A stretch of 64,000 bases of DNA from Octopus bimaculoides (GCF_001194135.2 NC_068983.1:130836686-130900685), one strand, 5' to 3'. Numbered from the stretch's first letter, positions 40,225 to 55,300 are shown. The notes: generated by a model not told the origin, from the sequence alone. A program made the numbers and translations.

Positions 40225-40420
40225 GGAAATGTTGGGGTGGGGGAGAGGGCCAGTCGATTAGATCGATCCCCAGTACGCATCTGGTACTTAATTTATCGAA
40301 CCCGAAAGGATCAAAGGCAAAGTCAAACTCGGTAGAATTTGAAATCAGAACGTAACGGAAGACGAAATACCGCTAAGCATTTCGCGCGGCATGCTAGCGT
40401 TTCTGCCAGGTCGCCGGCTT
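40225..40420 (-). mobile_element. tRNA-derived SINE (family C), monomer
   Basis: Near-collinear with the monomers at 47556-47991. Confidence 0.85.
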
Positions 40421-41499
40421 GGAAGCAACATATGTAGAATAATGAAACATCGGGATTCAGCAATCAGGTGACAGCGAAGGTGTAAATGATAGCATCATAC
40501 AGACGAGGAAGAAGCAGTCATGTAAACAGCCGTGTGTGTGTGTGTGTGTGTGTGTGTCTGTGTGTATAAGTATGTGTGTGACTATGTGTGTGTGTGTAAC
40601 TCTTCACATCCTCTTTCTTTTGTATGAAGCTACCGCTTCAAATTCGCCGTCACAACATTGCTGAACCTTCGTATTCCATTATGCTGCCTTTTTCTCATTG
40701 GAACTTTTGCCGCTTCTAGATTTTTCCTTTCCTTTTTTATCTCCGTCTACCATTGTCTTTTCTACCTCTATACTTCTCTCCTAATACTAGCAGCACGACT
40801 TTTATCTCGCTTCTTTCCTCTATCCGCTTCTTTTCTTGCAAAAATATAAAACAGTAATTCCAAATAAAAAAAAACGTATTAGTAGAATGCTAATAAAAGA
40901 AGTTTGCGCGGTGATTATGCAGGTACGATATGGCATTCATTGAAAATTATTGGTTAAGTTAAAAGACAATCTTTCGATGCAAGTTTCAAATTGAATGATA
41001 ACAATATTAATCTTCTTATGAGTGATTTGCTTCAAACGATGTTTCCGTTAATAGTTCTAAGGAAAAATTTCTCATACTTTTTGTGCTGCCAAGCACAAAT
41101 GTAATTTGAGGACTACAAAACACAGATGATCATCAACTATAAACAGTACAAGTTAGTATTGACAGTTAACTTGTTGTGCAGGGAATGTGAGCCACGAAGA
41201 GATCTGAATACTATCAAACAGTTTGTAGATAGAGAACTGGAGAGTTTCAGTAAGTGATATACTAGCATTCAAAATCATCAGGCTACGATGAAAGTCCAAA
41301 ATGCATGACAAGCAAAGGCTAACGTTTGGCCAATCACAAATTGAGCATTGTAACATAGTTTCCTGCCAGTATGACGCTGTAGAAGATTATGCTATTGAAA
41401 AACAGACAGTTTCTGTGGAATCTCTCGAATTGTTTGTGATAAGTACTTGGAAACAAGTAATTACTACACTGTGCTGGTCCCTTGCAAAATTATTCTATA

Positions 41500-42800
41500 A
41501 AACAGCTTCTTATTGCTGTTACTTACTTTAGTGCAAACATATTTTTCAGAACGCCACAAAATATATTGCTATTTTTTTATTTCAAACCAATGCTACCACT
41601 CAAAAAGATTCATGCGCAGTTTTTAGTTACAATAAGAAATATATCAGCAGATAACATCATTTCAACCCCTTCCCAACAAGCAGACCAAGCTTCTCTGATT
41701 AAACATGGTCGTGGTTTAAAGAGATAGACTCGTTATTAAACCACCATCTCCCCAGGCTGAAGGTTTACATGAATATTAAACTTGAAATAATCCAAGAAAA
41801 GATCTTTTTGACAGATTTTCAATTGTTCATTACAATCTCCACACCTTAGAATTTTGAATTGTCATTGATGAATGAAAGAAGTGGCCTTTATGCAATTGCT
41901 GATAATGAGATTGTTGTAATCTTGAGTGAAACAGCACCTGGAAAGCCTTGCCATTGTAAAGTACAAAAGCAAGACGGTTAAAATTATGAAATAGATGCAA
42001 ATATCGTAGAAGTTGCAATATCCGCTTTATGGGAATGGTGAAGACAAATATTATTTTGAAAACCACAAACTGGTAAAATTCTTCAAATCCTGCCTCATAC
42101 TTCAATTTCTTGATGGCTCATGACAATCATTCGGTCACATACATGAAAATTAAACTCACTCAGAGGTTCTAGACCCTGGAAAGAACAAAACACTCTTAAA
42201 TATTGTTTGTGTTTAATGTGGAATGTTCAATAGGGATTCAGATTGCTTGGAAAACAAGAAATATACTAAATTGTTTCCAAGACAAATTTGAAAGAAAATC
42301 ATACAGCTGAAGACGCTATCCTTTTTACACAAGAGCATCAGCGGATGGAGGCCTCCAATCTTTCGTTGCACAGCATTAAAATGACAGAGGGACATATTCT
42401 TACTGTCTAATCCTGACCAAGATATTTTATACTCATATGTTGAGCATTAATGTTCAGTTCTATTAATCAATAAATATCATAAATATTTGTAAACATGTCA
42501 CAAGAGATCTGACACAGTAATGGTATAAATGACGCAAAGAAATAGTTGATACGTTATGCACATCAACAAGATGTCATATGAAAAAAATGACCAACGAGTT
42601 TGATTCATTGTAAAAAGCGTTTATAGCACTTTTAAGCTGTACTAGTATGAGATCTTTGCAAAAAAAACTATATTGAGTTATCAGGTTTTGACATTCTATA
42701 AACTGAACAAAATGCAATGTTAAACGATAAAGCAAGAAGCAATTGTTGAAAGCCAACTTGACACGGAAAAGAGTATACTATATAATCGGTCAATATGAAA
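41500..42800 (+). mobile_element. Very decayed piggyBac-like transposase relic
   Basis: Manual translation gives collinear remnants TPQNILLFF, RFT*IL, F*IVIDE, APGKPC, K*QRDIFLLS, YK*RKEIVDTL, resembling piggyBac motifs; heavily disrupted, no termini found. Confidence 0.35.
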
Positions 42801-43525
42801 GTGTCTTTCCACGTCTTCTGCTTGAAATACGATGTTCATATTCATTTCAAGATTCTCGATAAGCCAATGTCGAAACCTGTGGCACCTACAGAGGGGAAAA
42901 CTTTATATTAGATTGCTGAAGAATGATACCCTGTATCACATCCAGTAGGATGTGACAATTAAGTTTCTGCATATCAAAAGACTAAAAGTAACGGTTTTTT
43001 CACCAGGCCTTTAAAATTATGTGTACCCTTCTATCTGCTTTAATAACGGCTTCAAATGAACTATAACTGGCTTCATTTCCATTTAATCTTGTGTTCTTAT
43101 TTAATATGTTTGTATTAGTTATATGTCGTTTACGCGCTTTAATTACAAAATGCACAATAAATTTAGAGCGTGTATCTGCAATACTGTGCATAAAATAGCA
43201 GAATGCAATAAACGTGTTGGGGAAACAATTTCATTTCTTGCATGAAAGATAACATTTCAAGAGAAATCCAATAGTGTCCTATTAAGCGAGAATATGCCTT
43301 CATTAAGAACAATTATGGTTCCTTCATAGCTACTTTTCGAGCTGAGCAAAGCCGGGTATTTTGTTAGTGCACATGTATATGTACACACACAAACACACCC
43401 ACCCACGCACACACCCAAACCCGCGCGTTCACACATACATATATCACAGAACACCGCACCACACCACATCACACCACACATAGAAGTATATATATATATA
43501 TAATGTATATACACATACAATATAT

Positions 43526-43576
<51 letters not shown>

Positions 43577-44537
43577 TATATATATACATACATACATATA
43601 TACATATCTATATATATATATTTACAGATATATGCACACGCACACACATATATACACACATATGCATATATATATATATACACACACACACATATAATGG
43701 CAACAGGTATCTACATACAAACACATGTGGCAGCAGTGTAAATGTATGCAGGATAAAGAGAAATATCGAATGCGTCTTTGTAAATTTGTACTCGTTCAAT
43801 TATCAAAGTGAACATCAACTTTGATAATGTAGCTATTCATTTATAACAGATATTTCAATACATAATCCTATGTGAATCGTATTTTTGTTTAGTCTTTTTG
43901 TGGTTTTTCTTATTGTTTTGCTCACTTCGTATTTTACTTCTTTTTTTTTTTTTCACCAATGCCACACTAAAAGGAAACAGAGAAAAATAAACGGACATGA
44001 TTTAGTCATTTATGTCATGCTTTTAAAGTGATAGGTAGATAAGGAGTGTTCCAATTTGTTGTTGCCGTCAACAGAGTTGATGGTTACCCAAGCAGAAAAT
44101 GCCTATAAGACTTGATAATGATCTAAATGCTAAAGAATTGCCAGGAAAACATTCAGTTTCCGCAAGCATACATCAATAAGATAAGGATTGTCGTTAATAA
44201 AAGCGAGAAATAAGCGAACATAAACGGGAGAATGAATGAGAGAGAATGAAAATGTAAAAGCAGAAAGGGAAAAAGAAAGTAGAGCAGACACAGACAGAGA
44301 AGATGGAAAAATTTTAGATAGAGCACAGAGAGGTGAGAGAGAAAGCGAAAGTAGAGAGAGAAAGTGAGAGAAGTGATAACTGTGAAGTATTAATTGCGAG
44401 TGGGAAGCTAACGTTAAGCGTAACAGCGTGACGAGAGGAAATGAAGCAAAGGGTAACGAACGAACTAATGGACTGATTGCTGTAAATATCCGTCCACCTC
44501 GATATAATAACGACACATACATACATACATACATACA

Positions 44538-44571
<34 letters not shown>

Positions 44572-44678
44572 CATACATACATATATGTGTGTGTCTCTCT
44601 CTCTATGTACATGTAAGTATATATGCATATGTACATAATATGTATGTGAATGTATTCGTGCATTATTTATATATGTAC

Positions 44679-44719
<41 letters not shown>

Positions 44720-45469
44720 TATGTAATTGCATACACATATATTTACATGTACATACGATATACATACATATAACCGAATGTTGATGCGTGTGTTTTTGTG
44801 TATGTGTATAATTGGTGTAGATACGATCGCTAGAATTGGAATTTTGACAGAATTTTACATTATTAATCAGAAGTGTAATTCTGTTTGCGGTTGATATATG
44901 TTATTGGTATATGTATTGTAGTAAGTTGCTGTGTTACGACTATTGCTTTTGTAATTTTCTTTTGTCATTAATTCTAAAGTACAAATATGCCGTCCACTAA
45001 TATTTTCCCAGTGCTGTTTTCTATTGCGTAGTGCAGTGCGTTACATCTAGGACTTGTACTAAATGTATATTGAACTGACATCGACTATTATTAATTTTTG
45101 TGGCCATATAACAACTGAAGTTGTGAACGTCACAGCCTTTATTTACCTATCGAATTTATAAATTACCCATTGGTAATTAGCATCTTATTTGCAAGTTTAG
45201 TTGTTTGTAGTTTGTTTTTATAAGGATACACGAACCACACAGATTAAGTTCATTATAATGTATCACCAATGACAAAAAGCGATGAAATAAAAGTTTTAAA
45301 AGAAATGTAAATAAAAAGACCATTAGGCGCAAACTACATTACTAGAAAGAAACGTATGACTTCAAATATATATTACAAACACAGACACCAGAAAATTAAA
45401 TCTAAGAGCTCAAAGTTCGTGTACATTCTAAGATATTGGTACTAGCAATGAGTAAACGGGATAATCAGT

Positions 45470-45945
45470 TGATTTACGTATCCCAAACATTCGCACAGAT
45501 ATGATAACAGGGTAGCTATTCCCCATAAAACCAAAGACGCACAGTGATACCTCACGGATGGTGAGTTGATGATTTCTCCTCACAGCTGCACGCCCATCTG
45601 CGATGTTTTTCGCACCACTGCTGGTTGCGAGTATCCCAGAACGTTCATCAATATCGACATTTTTCGGCCATCTTGGAAACGTCTGAAGCACTCGTACACT
45701 TCTGTGCAGCTCATACACTCCTCTCCATACAATTTCTGCAACTTTGTGTAGGCCTATGAACAGGTATCATCATGACAGCTTTCTCCGTCATTATCAGTGC
45801 GATAATCACACGCTACACATGTTCATTCCAAGCACTGCTGTAAACAGCGGATGTGAAGTAGAACGTTAAATCTTAGAGCGCATGCACAACAGCGTTCAAA
45901 ATCAATTTTTGCCTAGCGGCTTTACTCTGCATGATTTAGCCTCGT
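45470..45945 (-). mobile_element. 5' fragment of a mariner transposon
   Basis: ORF 45428-45718: DIDERSG..ATS...NIADGRAAVRRNHQLTIREV...MFGIRK, a mariner HTH/linker pattern. TA-ACGAGG-like terminus at 45940-45947. Confidence 0.65.
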
Positions 45946-45980
45946 TACTATGGCATTGGTCGGGATACTTATTAATCAGA

Positions 45981-46012
<32 letters not shown>

Positions 46013-47156
46013 ATTTATATGTATACATATATATATACAGATATATATGTTATGTTATGTTATGTTATGCCATTTTACATTCGGTGTTCGTTAAACATCA
46101 ATGAAGATCCAGTAAAAAGTGTAAATCGTTAGCAGCGGTAGAAGGAAAGGTGCTTGCCACACAATTAATAAGTTAATGCTTCTCTTTAATTGGATCAAAA
46201 CCAGATTATTTGCTGTAATCATGCAACGGATTATATCATAACACCTTTGCTCGTGGATGGCTATCGATCTGCAATAGATGATAAAATTATATCTGACATG
46301 ATTCTTACTGTTCTGCTTTGTAGTTAGGAAGACCCGAAGAATGTATTTATCAATAGTTTGTTTTATCGTGCTGATGTTGTGGATGATGTTTTGCCTCAGT
46401 CCTACGGAAATTAATCAGCTTTATGATGAACCGTGTCACAGCTCTGACGAGTAAGTCATTATTTTCTGTATTGTACTTTGTTATAGGAATTATAAAATAC
46501 TTAACGTACACTCCAATTATCTCCCTTTTTGAATACAATGAGGAGTTATTTGTGGGGGATTTTGCCGCAAGCAAGTCGTGTGCATAGATTGCAGTTTATT
46601 TACCTCAGCTCAGGCCGCGCAAGAGGCTTAAATACTGACCTCATCTGTTCCTTTTGGCTTCTAGAAATGACAATGTCTGATAAAAACCTGGTGTATTTTT
46701 AACATCAACAACATTTAGTTCGCTGAAGAGGTTACAAATTGTTATAATTAAGGTATCATGGTGTAACGTTTCAGATATTTATGCTTCGCCTGATAGTGAA
46801 GAAAGTAACGACAAAGTTATGGCACCACTATCGTTGCGTTATCTACTGTGCTTTTCATTTTTCTAAAGCAATAAGGTTTCTAGTAGGTAAAGCGATGATG
46901 CAAGAACATATGTGTCTGCACCAGCGTTGTAGTTGTTGTTGTTGTTGTCATTGCTTTTGTTCTTGTTCTTTTAGCTGCTATTGTTCTATTGATCTGATTT
47001 ATTACTCCTTTCATCAAAGGTATTCTCCCCATTTATCATCGAATCGCTTTTATTCGGACAGAGTATATCTAGCATTACATTATCTAATATGTCGATCTCT
47101 TTTTTAGAGACAGTATTATGCATTTTACTGGAGTGTTAGCTGCTATTTCTACAAGA

Positions 47157-47443
47157 TATAGTTACTGTGCAGATGTTGTTGCATAGGTTCTCATACCTTG
47201 ACTCAACCGACGCCATGTTGTTTTTTTTTTTGTATGTAAAGCGACGTATTAGCAAATCCGTAACAGCTATAGCTACAGTGCAGATGTTGTTACGTAGGTT
47301 TTCATTGCTGTAAGATGTCAGTTCGATTAAAGATTTATAGGGATTGAGGTTCATACCTTGACTCAAACGACGCTGTATTTTTTATTTATTTATTTATTTA
47401 TTTATTTTGTATGTAAAGCGACGAATTAGCAGATCCGTAACAG
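47157..47443. repeat. Two-copy tandem duplication (47157-47266 and 47268-47443), second copy with an insertion
   Basis: Shared gtgcagatgttgtt, tcataccttgactcaa, ttgtatgtaaagcgacg, atccgtaacag. Confidence 0.85.
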
Positions 47444-47555
47444 TGTTGAATATAATACTTTGTGGCATTCGACCCGAAACTCTGCGCTCTAAGTCCAAAT
47501 CCCGCTCAGATCGGTTATGTTATGCTTTTTCTCCTGCCGTGGTCCATAAATATAT

Positions 47556-47991
47556 ACTTTTCTACTTTTGGCACAAGGCCCGAAATTTTAGGGGAAGGGG
47601 GCCTGTCGATTAGATCGACCTCAGTACGCAACTGGTACTTAATTTATCGACCCCGAAAGGGTGAAAGGCAAAGTCGACCTCGGCGGAATTTGAACTCAGA
47701 ACGTAAAGACAGACGATATACCACTAAGCATTTCGCCCGGCGTGCTAACGTTTCTTATTTCTTTATTGCCCACAAGGGGCTAAACATAGAGGGGACAAAC
47801 AAGGACAGACAAAGGGATTAAGTCGATTACATCGACCCCAGTGCGTTACTGGTACTTTATTCATCGACCCCCGAAAGGATGAAAGGCAAAGTCGACCCCG
47901 GCGGAATTTGAACTCAGAACGTAAAGGCAGACGAAATTCTGCTAAGCATTTCGCCCGGCGTGCTTTAACGATTCTGCCAGCTCGCCACCTT
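47556..47991 (-). mobile_element. Dimeric SINE (family C x2) flanked by one 15-bp TSD
   Basis: Two monomers with different tails; TSD GGTCCATAAATATAT at 47541-47555 and 47992-48006. Confidence 0.9.
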
Positions 47992-48772
47992 GGTCCATAA
48001 ATATATTGCCAGTGGAAATGTGGAATATCGAACCTGATGGCTGGCTATTCTACATGTGCATGTTATGAGTTGAAACTCTGTGATAAAGCCGATGCTCAGG
48101 ACTAATCATCCAACTAGGCCATTGCGTAGACAAGTAGAGTCTAAACTAGTATAGATAAAACAACAACGAGATGTTGAGCTTTTTGGCCAGTAGTGGATTG
48201 ACAACAGGTAACTGATTTGCTTCAGTAGAGAACTACATTATGTAAAGTGATCTTTATTTCAAACAGTGAAATTTGATATGAGGAAGAGGTAGCTGTTCTT
48301 TCTTGAAAGTTGAATGACGACTTAGATATTCTATCATTCACTCTTTGCAACTGGGTTTCGATTCCAGTAGAAGCCATTCTACTGAACTTCATATTTACAT
48401 ATTTTCGTGTTCGACACGATTCACACATCTCAGTCATACTATCTTTTTTTTCAATTCATTTCTATTTGATACCAGATACGGCGATAATCCAGTATTCTGC
48501 AACATGACAACACTTTTAATCTCGAATCTGAAACAAAATTCATGCATAAGTTACGCTTTAGAAAATATTTCCCATCACATACGAAACTTATGTCCCCTTG
48601 CACCAATGGTTGTGCTTCTATGTGAAACCTCGAATTGACAGATATCTCTAAAATTACATTCTACTGCATTAGATAATGTAATTATGTACAATAATAGTCT
48701 TTGTCATATAGACAGTATAGATGACCACAGCGGAGATGCATTCGTCCATAGAGCAGCTTGATCATATATATG

Positions 48773-49149
48773 TGTGTGTTGGCACTCCGTCGCTTACGAC
48801 GTCGAGGGTTCCGATCAACGGAACAGCCTGCTCGTGAAATTAACGTGCAAGTGGCTGAGCACACCACAGACACGTGTACCTTTAACGTAGTTCTCGGGGA
48901 TATCCAGCGTGACACAGTGTGACAAGGCTGACCCTTTGAATTACAGGCACAACAGAAACAGGAAGTAAGAGTGAGAGAAAGGTGTTGTGAAAGAGTACAG
49001 CAGGGTTCATCACCATCCCCTGCCTGAGCCTCGTGGAGCTTTAGGTGTTTTCGATCAATAAGCACTCACAACGCTCGGTCTGGGAATCGAAACCGCGATC
49101 CTATGACCGCGAGTTCGCTGCCCTAACCACTGGGCCATTGCGCCTCCAC
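48773..49149 (-). mobile_element. tRNA-derived SINE (family A), full length with 13-bp TSD
   Basis: TSD GATCATATATATG at 48760-48772 and 49150-49162; (CA)n tail. Confidence 0.93.
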
Positions 49150-49464
49150 GATCATATATATGACCATGGTATAAACAGTAACAACAGTAACAGCAACAAG
49201 AACAACAACAAGAACAGAAATAGCAGCAGTAGAAAATGCTGTCTATCTCGTCAGATTGAAATATTTTATGCAACAGGAGTAAAATAAAGGCTATCTAATC
49301 ACAATTTTAAAGGACATGTTCATTACATTGATTCCAGTATTTTACTGGTAATTTACTTCATCGGCCCCGTAAGAAAGAAAACAAAATCGGTAACTGCATA
49401 ATTGGACATTACAATTTTAACTTTCTCAGTAATTCCACCGATCAGTTGAGGCTTTGTTTGGCGG

Positions 49465-49483
49465 CTATCTATCTATCTATATA

Positions 49484-49544
<61 letters not shown>

Positions 49545-49545
49545 T

Positions 49546-49576
<31 letters not shown>

Positions 49577-49585
49577 AATCAATCA

Positions 49586-49633
<48 letters not shown>

Positions 49634-49650
49634 GTGTGTGTGTGTGTGTA
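49465..49650. repeat. (ATCT)n tetranucleotide array then (TG)n
   Basis: Directly visible. Confidence 0.95.
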
Positions 49651-50435
49651 TAAACCATCTCTCTACGAGATCACATCCAGCCGTCGTAATATTAGAATGG
49701 ACATGTTGGTCGATACGTCGATGTAAAGCCTGATAAGCAAATCAAAGACAGAATAGTCATAAACGAAACACGTTTGATCATGGAATGGTTTATCAGAGCT
49801 GAGAATAAATAAGAATAGAAATGAAAACAACAGTGGGTAATTATGCAGGATTAATGCATGACGAGATCTACAATCTCGAAGAGTCTTGAAATTAAGAGAT
49901 ACCACTTAAAGTATAGCTTTATGATAGTAACATGATAATCTCTCGGCTTAGAGATGTTAGGAATAATACGTTATTGGATGGCTTAATATAACCAACATTA
50001 CTAGAAAATATCCGTCATTTTATTTGCCACGCGACAAGCATGAGATAAGTAACCCTAAAACAAATATTTTCAATATATAAGTACAATTTAGCAAATGTTG
50101 CCACTCGAAGGAAATTTGTTTATAATTACCGTTGCCTCATGGTGGAGACTTCACTCCAAAGACAGAATAGATAAACAGACAACAGTTCTGCAATAAACAC
50201 AAGCCATATTTTCCTAATACTACACTTTGGTATCTTTAGAAACATAGAAACATAACGCTGCGAATAATGAAGAGCGCAGTACATTAATTTTGAAAATCAG
50301 AAGACGGTATGGTCATAATTAATTTTTTTTTTTTTTTTGTATCCTAGATCTGCTGCTCGAATGTAGTATGCTGTACAGTGACAACGGCAATGATTATATG
50401 TCAGTGTTTTGTGTTTTAGACCATCAATTTGTTAA

Positions 50436-50486
<51 letters not shown>

Positions 50487-53400
50487 GAGTATTGTAGTTC
50501 GCTTGAAACATTGTGTATTGTTTGTAAAGAATAAAAAGTTTTGAATGGTACAACAATGCACTATAATACAAAAACACGGACTATATACTTGTGATTTAGT
50601 TATCTATAGTCCGATGATATTTCGGAATACAATTCCTTCTTCAGATCTTCTTAGATGCAGCCTCTGCTATAAACTGTTTACTAACGGCTTTTCTTTTCTT
50701 TTTTTCCGGAAGTGTCTCAGTAGTGGTCTCACGGTGCAGAATTGATAATAATCCTGAGAAAAACAAAGACGCAGAATGTGTGGTGGAACGGTGTGGCACA
50801 TTGTTAGTGAATGCCGAAATTACCACAACGTGAATACAAATGACGAAATGATAATGTGGTAAGAATATTCCATTAAGAACTTTGTGCAAATCTTTTGGCC
50901 TAGAAAGAACAAAGACATGGCAGAAGTAGTTACTGTCACTATCTCATTATTTGTGCTATTGATTCTTCTCTTGTTCCATGTCACTTTTGTTTCTTCTGTG
51001 AAAGTACTATTAAATTCGTGCAATCCAAGACTTTCTCTTGTCTTAAGCCTTTCTTTTTGCCGATGCCCTCGACAGTTTCGTTACATGTATCCCGTCACCA
51101 TCTCCGTCCAATCAGGTTGGAACTGCAACTGGTAGTCTTTGACAGGCCCTGTTTTCTCTGAGGCCTAGCACATCCGCTTCGGGGGCTATTTTTCCAATGA
51201 TGGAGGATTATTCTTTCTCTGTTCTAATCATTTTCAGAGATTTAGATCCTGCTTTTTGAAAACAACAGCAGTGCCATAAGCAGTCTATAACACTAGCGAC
51301 TGTTGTCGTTAGTGTTGTTTCTGCCTCTTCTAGCTGCTGTTACTCTTCTCTCTCCTTGACAATAGCAACAACACCAGTAATTACAATAAAATTGCTTGAT
51401 ACACTATACTATGGAATCTATATGGACAAAAATGGCGGGGTAGCCACAAGTGAAATTCCGTTGCTTACATATAGCCCTACCCTACCATGGTTGTAGAGAA
51501 AGTAAACAACTTAGCGTGTCATTTTGATACACAAGATTAGCGACTGGTAAGATGTATATGAACAAACAACTAAATATTTTTTTTTATTATTTGTAACGGA
51601 TTAGGGAAGGGAAAAAATTGCCTAAGTTGTGTTTGAGGATCTACGTCACGAGTAAAACGAATCGTTATAGTTTTCATGGACTCAAAGCTATCGTAGAAAA
51701 CTTTTGTCATGATACTACGCATCTTAGCTAGTGAGCTCGAATTCCAATGCTCGTTTTTTTCTTCTTTTTTCTAAACAAGCCTGTTACCGACAGTCATATC
51801 GAACGTGGACTTCATGGCTGAAGAAAGGAAGACAAAACAAAATAGGCTGTATCAAAGCCTTGTTTGTTGTTTGAAAAAATTATAAAAAATATTTCAGTTT
51901 TTTTTTTGTTTTTTCTAATTTTAAATAATGCAATAAATTGCAATTTGTAACTTTGCTAATGCTTAGATATTCGTTAACCCTAGTTTGGCAAACATTGTGA
52001 TAAAATCATCTATATTTTTAGTAGTTATTTTCATAATTACTTTATGTTCATTAAGATGAGCCTAATTTCCATAATCTTTAATAATTATTCTTCGCCATCT
52101 GCTGATATTGATTCCAAGAAATTCAAAGACTTTGATGAAAAATAAAAAAAATTGGGGAATTAAATGTTTCTTTTAAAAGGGGTTCTTAGATTTCAGTTTT
52201 TAAATTTATAATTACTGTTGTTTTTGTTCTTGCCGTTGTTGATATTATTATTTCATTTATTGGCCTGTTTAATTTTTTTTTTTTTTTCATTAATCGTTCA
52301 ATAATGTCAATTTTCAAGTCATTGAAAAAGCAGAATAGTTAACAATTCCACTCATAAATACAAGGAGACACAAACACATGCACACGGGCATACAGACATA
52401 TTCACACACACACACACACATATATATACACATACACACACATATACATGGCCACATGTACATACGCACACACAGAGACACATATACCTGGCCACACACA
52501 CACACTCAATTACACAGTAGCACACAGAAAATACATGCAGATACACTTGCAAAAATACAAACATCACAAACACATACATACAACACAATAGAACATATGC
52601 AACACGCATATACATACACACACACTCATACACACACACATAAACCTTTCACATAATGCGCATAATATATGCACACACATACCCACACACAAACAATAAA
52701 CATAACAAATAAAAACATAAAGCGTACTCATATACAACACATACACATGCTCAAATGTACCAACTAGCACACGGTCACACAGCGCAGGTATACACACGCA
52801 AGACAAAACTGATCTACTCTCACACTTTAGCGCATAGAACAGACTCTCACTAGCAATTCTATTTTAAAGTTCGATGTCTTATAACCACTATTTCCCTTAT
52901 TTTACACAGCGAAAATCGTTAGAGAGAAAAACGCAGTGGACGCCTTAAGATACAAAAACCAAGTGAATTGATTAAAATGAACCACCAAACATTTAAAATA
53001 TGATATGAAACATTTTCTTTAACAAATTCACTCTTAGCTGTGTTTTGATAATTATGTTGTTACTATTAATATATCTAATAGTTAAGCAGTTACATTTTAT
53101 CTATTTAACTGTTGAATAGTTAAGAGTTAAACGCAATTAACATATTAGAAATTAACTTGATAGGTTAACGAATTTAATACCAAAGTCATTACCAACACAA
53201 ATAATATATTTTCGTGTCAAAATGCTTAATAACTGATCAGCTCCTGCTAGTTTGTTAAATACATCTTTTACTTAATATCATATTGAATAGGTAAATTGTG
53301 TTAACGTCTTTGATAGATAACTTAACCTTAACATATGTAATAGATATGTCAGTACTAACTTACAGAGCAGTTAATTAGTATTAGCATAGTTGCTATCTAA

Positions 53401-53989
53401 ATTTGCGTTGACACATTTAGCAAGTAATATTAACTTAATATGTATTCTAGTGTTCACATGTTTATTTGATTAGTGCTAACATATTTCAAGTTAACATAGT
53501 TAGTATTAATGGTTATGTTAACATATTGAACTATGCTATCAACATCATTAGGTGATAAACAGTTTGTTAAAATAGTCTTAACAAATTGTCATCGATTAAT
53601 ATTATTTTCATTATTTGGTAAATGTTTTATGTTATATTTCCCACTATTTACACTCTGAGTTCAAATCACGCAAAATTCGACTTTGCCTCTAAGCCATTCT
53701 GAATCTATAAGATAAAGTGCCAGTCAAGTTCAAGGGTTGATGTAATCAGTTCGACCATAATCTGAGTTTTCTTGGGAAGATATGTATTATCACATCTGTA
53801 AAGTTTATTTCATGGCGCTCAGTAGATGAAGAATAGAGCTTTAAAAAGGAAGTATGTAGGCTGTTGATCCACCAACTACAAACAGCTGTGAAATCTACAT
53901 CGAATCACAGTCTACTGCTTTTAAGATAATAAAACATATTGAATAATGTACTTCAAACAACACTATATCTGAAAAACAGATGTGTTGGT

Positions 53990-55300
53990 CTCTGATAGAA
54001 TGCCATTGCGCATATATCTGTACGATCAGGATTGATATAAGGTAATTCAAGAAAAGCAACTAATGACATTTTATATTTTTTATAAGGAAAAATTAAGGAC
54101 ATAAGGCCAAAGGAAGAATTGCTATTGGTTGACTGACATCCGAGGAAGAGATAACGAAATTTCTTCAAACGAAACTCATCTTGCATTGCAAATAAATGCA
54201 TCGTCGATGACGTTATCAATGATATCAGCAAACCACAAAGTTGATTCAGTGGAACTGTGACGCTGATTGAATCAACTAATTTTACTGCAGTGAGAATCAA
54301 TCTGTCTCAAAATACCTCAGCATGAAGGTCCTAAATTTTAGTAGAGAATTTGCCAGAATCAACTACCACTTTACCAAAATCATTATGAACGATAAAAAAT
54401 GAACTCTGTCTCATGATGTTTCCTAGTGAGTTAAAGAAAGAAAGGCAACCGACTGTTTGACGTATCCATGGATAGACCTGAGGTTGCTGATCTCGTCGGG
54501 GCAATCTGGTTACTCTGCAAAACCGTACACTCTCTTACCGTACGGTCATGTACAAAGAAAAAGATGGACTCGCAATCTTATACCATATGATCGGTCACCC
54601 CATAGACGAGTCCTGGCAGAATACGATAAATTTTTAAATGTTACTACCAATTTAACAAATGTCGACTTCTTGGGCGTAACATTAGACCACTCGGAAGGCA
54701 AATACTACTCATCAAAGCTCAGGACAGAACAACCCATTAGTAATTAGAAACTTGAATCAGCAGAAGAATTCAGTCGTCCCCTTTTCAATGAGGTGCCAAT
54801 AAGGAGAATGGGTGATAACGTTCTGTATGTGGAGGAACCGTATCATGACACTTAAAACAGAAATGTGTTTAAAAAGCGAATGTATTCTGATTTAACTTTT
54901 CATTCAATCGGGATTTTTGCTAATGAATCCATGCGCTTACCCACTCTAATTACAAAAAGTTTTCTCTCAAGCTATCATACACATACGATGCCTTTTAATT
55001 TCCATAACTTAGATAATATAGCTTACAGAATCGTAAGCAATGGCTGAAGTAAATATACATCCATTCAGCCTTTACTTCACACTGCAATCAGTAATTTCCG
55101 AAATCTTACCAAATGCCATGGTGTACACAAGAATGAGAGGTTATGACTTCAAGAAGATTCATGAAGGCATGCACTGCTTCAGGTATACGGAGGATAAAGC
55201 TACACTAATTTGTCTTGGTTCATTTTAGGTTTCTAAGATCATAGAAATGACTTTCCCAACATCACGTGGTGCTTTATGCCACCATTTTCCTAACCACTTT
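53990..55300 (+). mobile_element. Decayed Penelope-like retroelement (RT plus probable GIY-YIG endonuclease)
   Basis: Manual translation: LIQWN (~54240), LFDVSMDRPEVADLVGAIWL (~54455), MYKEKDGLAIL (~54550, YRDDGL-like), NLTNVDFLGVTLDHSEGKYY (~54650), NVF*FNF (~54880, WFNPP-like), LKLSYT (~54968), MVY...FKKIH...CFR (~55100-55190). These are collinear with Penelope-type RT and endonuclease motifs. Confidence 0.7.
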
